20,000 nt of DNA, from the IMG/VR virus record IMGVR_UViG_3300049733_000582; one strand, given 5' to 3'. The position numbers and the translations under genes were made by a program. Positions 1 through 7,930 of this stretch are shown piece by piece; positions within the stretch are counted from its first letter, which is position 1; each line of letters starts with the position of its first letter. This DNA is from an uncultured virus (IMG/VR IMGVR_UViG_3300049733_000582). Lineage: Duplodnaviria > Heunggongvirae > Uroviricota > Caudoviricetes. Under the pieces are notes generated by a model. It did not search any database. It saw nothing but the letters and a program-made list of their open reading frames with translations, and was not told the DNA's origin.

Positions 1-528
1 GTCCTGTTCCTTCGCTTGGCAGCGCTCCGCCTCGTGGGAGGCGCGACGGTTGGCTTCGGCGGGCTGGCCGGGAGCTTCCTGGCCGGGAACCGCGGGGGTC
101 GCGTTCGGCGGTTCAACGCGGGCGGTCCGGTTGATGGGTCGGGGCCAAACATGGACAGCATCCCGGCGCTGCTCGCGCCAAACGAGCACGTGATCCAGAG
201 CCCATCCGTGGACTTCTACGGGGGGCATGGGGTCATGGAGCTCATCAATCGGAGGCTCCTCCCGCGCGGGTTTTTCGACGGAGTCCGACCGGCGGCCTCC
301 ATCACGGACGTCTCGCGCCGGCGCTTCGCGACCGGTGGTGCGGTCGGCGGTAGCGCGTCGGTGGGCGCGGACGTGTCGGCGCCGGGGCGGGCCTTCGTGC
401 TGCCGGACGAGCAGTCCGTCTACCGGATGCTGGCCGCGGGTCGGGCGGGGTTCCTCCGGTTCTACCGGGAGAACGCCCACGTGCTCGCCACGACCAATGA
501 GCGCCGACCGGGCCGGAGGGCGCCCTGA
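1..528 (+). CDS. Phage tail tape measure protein, C-terminal fragment (5' end outside window)
   Basis: Frame is open from base 1. FNAGGPVDGSGPNMDSIPALLAPNEHVI and a second FATGG match the typical tape-measure C-terminal motif (GG.V.GPG....DSIPA.LS.GE.V). TGATG overlap with the next gene. Confidence 0.8.
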   Translation, partial: VLFLRLAALRLVGGATVGFGGLAGSFLAGNRGGRVRRFNAGGPVDGSGPNMDSIPALLAPNEHVIQSPSVDFYGGHGVMELINRRLLPRGFFDGVRPAASITDVSRRRFATGGAVGGSASVGADVSAPGRAFVLPDEQSVYRMLAAGRAGFLRFYRENAHVLATTNERRPGRRAP

Positions 529-1565
529 TGCTCCTCTGGTTGGAGGGCTTCGAGGTGAGCCGACACCAGGCTCACTTCACGGACCGATACGCGCCGGCGA
601 GCTTCTCGAACACGCCTAGCTTCCCGGCGGGCCGCATCTTCGGGAACGCGCTCCAGGCCCCGAGCGGTGCGGGCGTCACGCTCCGAACGCCGGTCCTCCC
701 TGCGGGGACCTTCTGGGTCCTGGGCGCGATGTTCCACATGGACGGGCCGGACGACGAGAAGGACCTCTTCGCGATCCTGACCGGGACGACCGAGCAGCTC
801 GCGCTCCGGGTCCGGGCCTTCGGGGCCAACGACTGGCGCCTCGACGTGGTCCGCGGCTCCGAGGTGCTCGCCACGACCGAGGTCTTCCCGGCGGACGGGT
901 GGAAGCTGATCGAGCTGAAGGCCCGGATCGACCCCTCGAGCGGGTTCTTCGAGGTGCGGGTGGACGAGCGGGTCGTGATCCAGGTGGCCGGAATCAACAC
1001 CGCAAACGCGGGGACCGCGCACGCGGACCGGATCGAGTTCGGGGTCGCGGTGGACGGCGCCGGCGCCCACGCGCGGATCGACGACGTCTACATCCTGGAC
1101 GCCACGGGCATTCACAAGGACTACTTGGGCGAGGTCTACGTCGAGGGGCTCCTGCCGGTCGCCGACGGTGCGCTCACGGAATGGAGCGCCACGCCGGGCC
1201 CGGCGCACGCGGTCCAAGTGGACGATCCTGCCACCGCGGCCTCGGACGACGACACCACGTACGTCCGGAAGACGGCGTCGGGCCAGCGGGAGCTCTTCCA
1301 GTTCGGGCGCCTCTCCCAGCTCGGCGGCGAGATCGTCGGAGTCGCGGTGATCGCGCGGGGCCGCTGCGAGGGGGCCGGCTCCTCGAGGTCGGTCTTCACG
1401 GTCCGGGACCGGAGCGGCGCGCTCCGGGAGGGAGCGGACCTCGTCTTCTCCTCGACCTCCTACGCGGACAAGGAGGCGATCCACGAGCCGAGCAACGCGC
1501 GCCCCCGGCGCTGGACGCTCCACGAGCTGAACGAGATCCAGATGGGTCTGAGGAGCGAAACCTGA
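528..1565 (+). CDS. Putative virion/tail structural protein, 345 aa, beta-rich
   Basis: Directly follows the tape measure gene with a TGATG overlap. MLLWLEGFE start and IDDVYILDATG...YLGEVYVEGLLP resemble phage minor tail proteins. Confidence 0.65.
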   Translation: MLLWLEGFEVSRHQAHFTDRYAPASFSNTPSFPAGRIFGNALQAPSGAGVTLRTPVLPAGTFWVLGAMFHMDGPDDEKDLFAILTGTTEQLALRVRAFGANDWRLDVVRGSEVLATTEVFPADGWKLIELKARIDPSSGFFEVRVDERVVIQVAGINTANAGTAHADRIEFGVAVDGAGAHARIDDVYILDATGIHKDYLGEVYVEGLLPVADGALTEWSATPGPAHAVQVDDPATAASDDDTTYVRKTASGQRELFQFGRLSQLGGEIVGVAVIARGRCEGAGSSRSVFTVRDRSGALREGADLVFSSTSYADKEAIHEPSNARPRRWTLHELNEIQMGLRSET

Positions 1566-2582
1566 GTGGGCTCGGGTTCGGTCATCATCCGCCCGAACGC
1601 GGACATCGCCTTCGCCCCGAGCGGGACGACCGGGGTCTGGACGCCGATCCCAGCGGGGGCGCATTGGTCCACGATCGACGACGCGGTCATCTTCCCGGCG
1701 ACCCCGAGCACCGCGGATGTCATCACGGCCGCGGCCAACGGGCGCTACGACCGCGTCGGCTTCACCGCCCATGGTCTGAGCCCGAACCCCGCTCGGCGGT
1801 GGAAGAGCTACACGCTCTGGCTCTACGCGCGCAGGACCTCCGCGGTGCCCAACACGAGCACGTTGATCCTCGAGGCCTTCTGCCCGGGGAGCGCGCCCGT
1901 CGTGCCTGGGGTGAGTCGCGGCGTTGGGGTCGGCGGCAAAGTGTTCTCGGGCGTGGACGCCTTGCCGACCAGCTTCGCCTGGGTCTCGATGCAGTTCACC
2001 GGATTCACGAAGTCCGACGCCGACGTGGACGACTTCGAGTGCAGCTTCCGCTACAGCCAGACGCCCGGAAGCATCGTCATCGCCGCCGCCTATGCGGAAT
2101 GGCTCTACGAGGAGGGCCCGAGCGCTATGGTCACGAATAGGGGCAAGAAGCTCCTGATGGACTGGGGCTTCCGGAACGCGACCGAGCCCGCCAATTTCTT
2201 CCTGGCGCTCGTCACCAGCGCGGTCGCGCCCACGCCAGATACCAACGTCTTCAGCGAGCTCACCGAGATCGCCGCGGGCAACGGCTACGTGAGCGGCGGC
2301 CAATCGGTCGCCCGGAACAGCACGGACTTCGATGTCCTCACCGAGGACGACACGAACGATCTCGCCCAGCTTCAGCTCAAGGACTTTGACTGGACCGCCT
2401 CGGGCGGGAGCATCCCGGCCTCCGGCGCCGGCGCCCGCTACGCGGTCCTCCTGACCGACGAGGGAACCGTCGGGAATCGTCAGGTGGTTGCCGCCTGGGA
2501 TCTCCAGAGCGACCGGACCGCGTCCAATGGGCAGGTACTGCGCCTGCAGAACACCGAGATTCGGGCCGAGGAGGCCGCATAA
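1566..2582 (+). CDS. Putative two-domain minor tail protein, 338 aa; possible internal start at 2127
   Basis: GTG lies directly after the previous stop. The C-terminal part (FFLALVTS...ELTEIAAGNGYVSGG...WTASGGSI..ARYAVL) resembles a common phage minor tail/fibre domain. Confidence 0.65.
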   Translation: MGSGSVIIRPNADIAFAPSGTTGVWTPIPAGAHWSTIDDAVIFPATPSTADVITAAANGRYDRVGFTAHGLSPNPARRWKSYTLWLYARRTSAVPNTSTLILEAFCPGSAPVVPGVSRGVGVGGKVFSGVDALPTSFAWVSMQFTGFTKSDADVDDFECSFRYSQTPGSIVIAAAYAEWLYEEGPSAMVTNRGKKLLMDWGFRNATEPANFFLALVTSAVAPTPDTNVFSELTEIAAGNGYVSGGQSVARNSTDFDVLTEDDTNDLAQLQLKDFDWTASGGSIPASGAGARYAVLLTDEGTVGNRQVVAAWDLQSDRTASNGQVLRLQNTEIRAEEAA

Positions 2583-2595
2583 GGAGGGCATACTT

Positions 2596-2940
2596 ATGCC
2601 ACTCACGCTTCCGCAGATCCACACCTACGCGCGCGACAGCGTGTTCCTCAACCGCGTCGAGGCGGCGATCGTCAACAAGGCGGCCGCGGTCCTGACCGAG
2701 GTCAATCCGAACGCCCCGAACCCCGAGCCGGAGGACTTCAAGTACCGGAAGGATTTCGCTGCGGCGATCGTCGCCAACCCTCCCGCCTATGCGCAGCGGT
2801 TCGCCTATACGCTCTTGGCGGTGGTGACCGGACAGATCGACCCACCCAACACGGACGACGCGACGATCCAGACCCGGGTCAACCAGCACTACGACAACCA
2901 CGCGCGCGCCGAGAGCCGACGCCAGCGCACCGGAGCCTGA
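2596..2940 (+). CDS. Phage hypothetical protein, 114 aa
   Basis: AAGGAGG RBS at 2581-2587 precedes ATG 2596, which is preferred over the ORF-track start at 2488. Sits in the tail operon. Confidence 0.7.
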   Translation: MPLTLPQIHTYARDSVFLNRVEAAIVNKAAAVLTEVNPNAPNPEPEDFKYRKDFAAAIVANPPAYAQRFAYTLLAVVTGQIDPPNTDDATIQTRVNQHYDNHARAESRRQRTGA

Positions 2941-2946
2941 TCTCCC

Positions 2947-3405
2947 ATGCCGAGCGAGATTCGGACCAAGCTCGATTCGCGAGCGACCTTCACGATCACG
3001 CTGGCCTCGCTAGCGAATGCGGCCGCACGCCAGAGCGACATGATCTCCAACACGAACCTGCGACCTGCGGCGCTGGTCCACCTGAAGATCACGAGCGGCG
3101 GCGCCGCACCAACCGCGGGGACGGTCTACGAGGTCTATCTGCTACGGGGGGATGGAACCATCCGGGATGATGGGGCGGGCGCGAGCGACGCGGCGATCAC
3201 AATCGAGAACGCCATGCTGCTCGGAACCATCGTCGTGACCGCGAACACCGCCAAGGCCTTCTACGGAGTGTTCGACACGGCCCCGCTCGGACCGCTCGGA
3301 CTGAGCTGGGGGATCGCCGTCAAGAACAGTTCCGGCCAGGCCCTCTCTTCGACCGAGGGGGACCACGTGAAGGGCTACACGTACTACGTTCCCGAAATCC
3401 AGTAG
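2947..3405 (+). CDS. Phage virion-associated beta-sandwich protein, 152 aa
   Basis: 6 bp after the previous stop. Beta-strand-rich (TITLASLANAAARQSD...YEVYLL...LLGTIVV...WGIAVKNSSG), GC-rich third codon positions. Confidence 0.7.
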   Translation: MPSEIRTKLDSRATFTITLASLANAAARQSDMISNTNLRPAALVHLKITSGGAAPTAGTVYEVYLLRGDGTIRDDGAGASDAAITIENAMLLGTIVVTANTAKAFYGVFDTAPLGPLGLSWGIAVKNSSGQALSSTEGDHVKGYTYYVPEIQ

Positions 3406-3414
3406 CGGCCGCCG

Positions 3415-6400
3415 ATGTTCCGACCGTCCTTTCGCCACGTCGAGCTCAACCGCAGCCACCCGCTGGCCCGCGGGCTCAAAGGTGCGTGGACGCTTCACGA
3501 CCTGGCGAACGTCAGCAGCAGCCCCGTCGCGCGCAACCTGGTCTCGCGCGACGGCTACAACCACGCGACGCTAGGCCTGTCGGTCAATCACGGGAACGGC
3601 GTCCCGCTCTTCCGGGCGCCCTCGGACCGCTCCTACCACTTCGAGGACCAGTCCGGCGACGACGCCCGAGGCTCCATGCGGGTCGTCTCGCCCCAGGGGA
3701 TGGACGTGGAGCGCCTGACCTACGCCTTCTGGCTGAAACCCCTCTCGGCCACGGGTTCCTCGATCTTCGCCGGCCGCTACCCGACCGCCTTCTTCCTCTA
3801 CACCGCGAGTACAAACAAGCTCACCTTCGCCGACCTCTGGCGCGGCCTGGAGCCAGGCGAGCATGGGACCGCGCTGACGCTCGGCAAGTGGCACTTCGTC
3901 GTCGGCGTCACTGCCCCCGAGCGGTCCACGATCTGGATCAACGGCATCCGCGGACCCGTCGGCACGACCAACGCCGCGAACGTCTGGGGGCCCGAGCCGC
4001 TGCTGATGGGCTACAACATCATCGGGGATTACCTGGACGGTGAAATCGCCCTGTTCATGGCCTGGAACCGAGCGCTCAACGACAAGGAGTGCCTGGACCT
4101 CTACGCGGAGCAGTGGCGGCGCACCCTCTTCCGCCGCCTGCCGAAGGAATCCATCCCGTCGATCTTCTACTTCAACCCGAGTCGGTTCGCGCTCCGCACA
4201 GTAGACCCCACGGTGCAGCTCATCACTCCGGGCGGGATCACGCCCGACGTCGCCCGCTTCCGGCTCCGTGCGGTCGATCCCGCAGTCCAGACCGGCGTGC
4301 TGGTCGTCACCCCGACCCCCACTATCTTCGTGCTCGACACTGCCGACCCGACGGTGTCGATCGACACGCTGGGCCCGAACGCCCGCGTGACCCGGCTGGC
4401 GATCGAGGTCGCCGCCCGCCGCCTCGCCCTGGTGCGGCCGCTCACGCTCCCCTCGGTCCATCCCGCGCTGCTCCTCCACAACTGGAACCAGCCGGTCCAG
4501 ATCACGACGACCTACCTGACCGACGTGGTGGACTCCTCGGCCACGGTCAGCGAGGAGCGCCGCGGGCTCCTCGGGCGCCCCTTCCGCACCGTAACCGCCG
4601 AGCTCAGCGGGCTCTCCCGAGCGGCCGCCGCGAAGCTCCTGCTCGGGCTCGCGCGCCGGGGCGCGGCGCGCTCCCTCTTCCCGCTCTACAGCGACTTCTC
4701 TCGGATCACGGCCTCCAGCTCAGGGACGACGGTCCTATGCGACACCCGCTGGCGCCGGTTCTTCGTCGGGCAGCGGGTCGCGGTCTGCCTGATGACCACG
4801 GGCGGGGTCTCCTCCCACGAGGTCCGCCAGGTCCTGTCGCGCGCCGACGACCGACTCGAGCTGACCTCGGGGCTCGCGGGCACGTACCCAGCGGGCTCCA
4901 GGGTCTACCCGCTGATCGACGCCGAGCTCAGCCTGGACGCCGCGCAGGGCACGGTGACCGATGAGGTGGCGAGCGCGAACTTCACGGCGACCGAGGTCGC
5001 CGGCCCCTCGTCGCTCCCCCAGACCACCTGGGACACGCCCCACGAGCTCACGACGCGGAACGGGATCCCGATCCTGGACCTCGCCCTGGACTGGGGCGGG
5101 GAGATCGAGAGTCGGATCGTCCGGTCCGGGACGCTCTACGCGCGCGGTCGCTCGGAGGTGGTCTTCGCCCGCGGCGCGCGCCCCCAGCTCGAGCACGAGC
5201 TCCGGTTCACCGAGCTCACGCGGGAGCGGCTCTGGCTGCTACTCCGGCTCTTCGACTCGCTGCGCGGGCGCCAGCTCACGTTCTATGCTCTCACCCCTCA
5301 GACCCTGTTCAAGTTCTCCGCGGTCTCCGGGACCAGCCTCGACGTCCTCCCGGACCCAGGGAACCTGGCCGACGTGACGAGCTTCCTGGACCACGTGGTC
5401 GTCCGGCAGCGGAACGGCACGATCCTGCTCCGGAAGATCCTCTCCGTCGTGGACATGACCACGTTCTGGCGGGTGACCGTGGACGAGGCGCTTCCGACTC
5501 TCGTGGCGGCGGATGTGCGCGCGGTCACGGGCGCGCACCTCGTCCGCCTGACCGAAGACGGGATGACCGAGGAGTGGATCACCGACGAGGCGTGCTCGGT
5601 CACGCTGCCGGCGCGCGACGTCCTCGAGGAGAAGGACGTCGTGATCGTCAACCTCGCACCTCAAAAGCCCGCCCCGGTGCCGCAGCGGATCAACGACCTC
5701 TACCTCTGGCTCGACGCGGGGAGCCGGAACCTCTGGGCCTACCAGAATCAGACGGCGCCGCTCGGCTTCGAGCGGGACCATCGGCCGGCCCTCCTGGACC
5801 CAGGCCTCAGCGGGGACAAGATCTCCCACTGGGAAGACGCGCGCCTCATCGACCCGACCGAGGCGCCCCAGGCGCGCCTGGATGCGACCGCGAACGCCGC
5901 GCTCCCGCACGCGCTGCCGCGGCTCTACCGGGACCGCTCGCCCAGCTTCGCGAACGGCCGGAAGGTCGTGACGGTTGCGGACGCGGCCGAGCTCGGGCTC
6001 TGGCGCCTGAAGCCGAGTGGGCCGGACTTCTTCAGCAACCAGAAGGGCCTGACCATCTTTGCCGTCCTCCGGAAGAACGCCTTCACGCCTCCGGGCGCGA
6101 CGCCGAATGTCAACTCGGCGGAAGGGACGGGCATCCTCTACCGCGCCGGCGTCATCTACCTTTGGACCAACCACGCGCGCCTGTACGAGACGCTGGGCGG
6201 CGGCGCCCAGGACATCACCTACCCCACGATCGACGACAAGGGGTTCCTGATCTACGTTCTGACCTGGAAGCCGGCGACCTACGGGAAGGTCTGGTTCAAC
6301 GGCGGGACGCCCAAGGGGACCCTGAGCTCGCAGATCAACGACCTGCCGACCGACACGGTTGCGGACGGGACGCGAATCCTGAACCTGAAGGGGGATACCT

Positions 6401-6543
6401 CGCCGAACCCGACCGACTGGCACCTCCGCCAGGCCTTCGCGTCGCTGCTCATCTACCGGCGGGCGCTGAACGACACCGAGATCAACACGATCGGCGCGCA
6501 CCTCGGGAAGGCGCACGGCCTGCCCTGGAGCCCGCTCGCATGA
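3415..6543 (+). CDS. Large tail protein, 1042 aa: N-terminal LamG/ConA-like domain, central distal-tail-like region, C-terminal LamG-like domain
   Basis: N-terminus has SHPLARGL..., TYAFWLKP, WHFVVGV, IWING, GEIALFMAWNRAL. Centre has HNWNQPV..TTTYLTDV...EERRGLLGRPFR. C-terminus has LYLWLDA...GDKISHWED...LLIYRRALNDTEI. Position precedes the BR0599 gene. Confidence 0.75.
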   Translation: MFRPSFRHVELNRSHPLARGLKGAWTLHDLANVSSSPVARNLVSRDGYNHATLGLSVNHGNGVPLFRAPSDRSYHFEDQSGDDARGSMRVVSPQGMDVERLTYAFWLKPLSATGSSIFAGRYPTAFFLYTASTNKLTFADLWRGLEPGEHGTALTLGKWHFVVGVTAPERSTIWINGIRGPVGTTNAANVWGPEPLLMGYNIIGDYLDGEIALFMAWNRALNDKECLDLYAEQWRRTLFRRLPKESIPSIFYFNPSRFALRTVDPTVQLITPGGITPDVARFRLRAVDPAVQTGVLVVTPTPTIFVLDTADPTVSIDTLGPNARVTRLAIEVAARRLALVRPLTLPSVHPALLLHNWNQPVQITTTYLTDVVDSSATVSEERRGLLGRPFRTVTAELSGLSRAAAAKLLLGLARRGAARSLFPLYSDFSRITASSSGTTVLCDTRWRRFFVGQRVAVCLMTTGGVSSHEVRQVLSRADDRLELTSGLAGTYPAGSRVYPLIDAELSLDAAQGTVTDEVASANFTATEVAGPSSLPQTTWDTPHELTTRNGIPILDLALDWGGEIESRIVRSGTLYARGRSEVVFARGARPQLEHELRFTELTRERLWLLLRLFDSLRGRQLTFYALTPQTLFKFSAVSGTSLDVLPDPGNLADVTSFLDHVVVRQRNGTILLRKILSVVDMTTFWRVTVDEALPTLVAADVRAVTGAHLVRLTEDGMTEEWITDEACSVTLPARDVLEEKDVVIVNLAPQKPAPVPQRINDLYLWLDAGSRNLWAYQNQTAPLGFERDHRPALLDPGLSGDKISHWEDARLIDPTEAPQARLDATANAALPHALPRLYRDRSPSFANGRKVVTVADAAELGLWRLKPSGPDFFSNQKGLTIFAVLRKNAFTPPGATPNVNSAEGTGILYRAGVIYLWTNHARLYETLGGGAQDITYPTIDDKGFLIYVLTWKPATYGKVWFNGGTPKGTLSSQINDLPTDTVADGTRILNLKGDTSPNPTDWHLRQAFASLLIYRRALNDTEINTIGAHLGKAHGLPWSPLA

Positions 6544-7382
6544 CGCAGCAGCTCGAGAGCCCGCAGAAGAACACGTACTGCCTCGTGCAGTTCCGCTACG
6601 GCGACCCGAACGACCCGATCTATGCGCTCTACACCGACTGGACCGAGGACACGTTGGGCCCGCAAGGGACTTACCTATCGGTTCCGACGATGGAGGTGAA
6701 GCTCCCGCCCATGACCTCGGGCATCGTGGAGGGGGACGAACCGCTCGAGATTCTGCTCCCGGTAGACGCCTTCACGACCCCGCTCGCCTCGGGCATGCCC
6801 CACTCGCCGGTGGAGGTGACCGTCTGGGAGCGGGTGGACCCACGGACCGAGCGCGCGGCTGCGACCCACACGCTCTTCGTCGGGCGGGTGCACCGGACGC
6901 GCCGGAATCACGAGGGGCGCACGGACACCATCGTCGTCCAGGCCCAGAACTTGAAAGCGCAGCTGGAGAAGGCCCTCGGCTTGCCGGCGACCTACCACTG
7001 CATCTGGACCTTCGGCGGGCGCGGCTGCGGGATCGATCTCGGGCCGCTCCGGAAGACCGGGACGCTCGACTCCGCGAAGGGGAAGGTCGCGCAGATCACG
7101 GGTCTGCCGCCGCAGGCGGACCCGCGGTACTGGCACCGGGGCTACGTGGAGCGCCTCGGGCTCCGGCTCCTCATCCGGGACTGGGACGGGGACGCCTCAC
7201 CTGGTTCCTTCCGCCTGGTCCGGGAGCCGCCCAGTTCATGGGTCGGCCAGACGGTGACGCTGACGCCCGGCTGCGACAAGACGATCGAGGTCTGCCGCGC
7301 GCGCTGGAACCGGGAGGAGGTCTTCGCCGGCATCGGCTACGCGCTGCCCCCGTACAACCCCGTGATCGAGAGCCCCACGTGA
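6540..7382 (+). CDS. Phage BR0599/DUF2163-family tail hub protein (lambda gpL-like, putative Fe-S binding), 280 aa
   Basis: ATGA overlap at 6540 (the ORF-track start at 5574 is an over-extension). Cysteine motifs CIWTFGGRGC and PGCDKTIEVCRARW...FAG are characteristic of Phage_BR0599. Confidence 0.9.
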   Translation: MTQQLESPQKNTYCLVQFRYGDPNDPIYALYTDWTEDTLGPQGTYLSVPTMEVKLPPMTSGIVEGDEPLEILLPVDAFTTPLASGMPHSPVEVTVWERVDPRTERAAATHTLFVGRVHRTRRNHEGRTDTIVVQAQNLKAQLEKALGLPATYHCIWTFGGRGCGIDLGPLRKTGTLDSAKGKVAQITGLPPQADPRYWHRGYVERLGLRLLIRDWDGDASPGSFRLVREPPSSWVGQTVTLTPGCDKTIEVCRARWNREEVFAGIGYALPPYNPVIESPT

Positions 7383-7930
7383 TCCAGAGCTTCAAGATGC
7401 AGCTCCGCTGGCGGCTCCCGACCTGGGACGCGGAGTGGCGAGGTGACTGGGCCCGGGAGGTCGCCGAGCACGTCGAGGAGGTCTTGAGCGCCTGGCTGGG
7501 GACTCCCTACGCTTCCGGCCAGCAGGTCCGCGGGGGCGGGGTGGACTGCATACGCTTCGTGCTCGCCGCCTTGGACGAGCTCTACGGCTTCCCCCGGGAC
7601 TGGCAGGGGGTCGAGGTGCCGAGCGACATCGCCTTCCACAACCGGGAGCGGGCGATGGCGAGCATGAAGGCCATCCTCGCCGCGTACGAGCCGTGCGAGC
7701 TGGTCGCCAACGGCTTCCTCGAGCCTGGCGACGTAATCGCCATCGGGCCGGAAAACGGTGGGCCGGGGCACGTGCTGATCGCGGGCGGCTGTGGGAACCT
7801 CACCCCGGGGAAGCTCTACCACGCGACCCCGCCAGCGGTGGAGACCGCGGGCACGGTCACCCTGACCGGGATGCCCCGCATCTTCGGCATCATGCGGGTC
7901 AAGAACAAGTTCCGCTGGAGACGCTCGTGA
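7379..7930 (+). CDS. NlpC/P60-family phage tail peptidase, 183 aa
   Basis: GTGA overlap at 7379. WLGTPY...GVDCIRFV carries the catalytic Cys, followed by PGDVI and GHVLI (His). Canonical position between hub and tail-tip genes. Confidence 0.88.
   Translation: MIQSFKMQLRWRLPTWDAEWRGDWAREVAEHVEEVLSAWLGTPYASGQQVRGGGVDCIRFVLAALDELYGFPRDWQGVEVPSDIAFHNRERAMASMKAILAAYEPCELVANGFLEPGDVIAIGPENGGPGHVLIAGGCGNLTPGKLYHATPPAVETAGTVTLTGMPRIFGIMRVKNKFRWRRS

Noticed and set aside
462..2624. 720-aa minus-strand ORF, and similar long antisense ORFs at 5239-6516, 8117-10822, 11837-13237 and 16118-17182
   Set aside because: Antisense shadows of high-GC plus-strand genes, with low-complexity Arg/Gly/Ala-rich translations and no motifs.
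5574..6539. N-terminal extension of the BR0599 gene in the ORF track
   Set aside because: Overlaps the 1042-aa gene in another frame and translates as Arg/Pro-rich noise. The ATGA coupling at 6540 is the better start.
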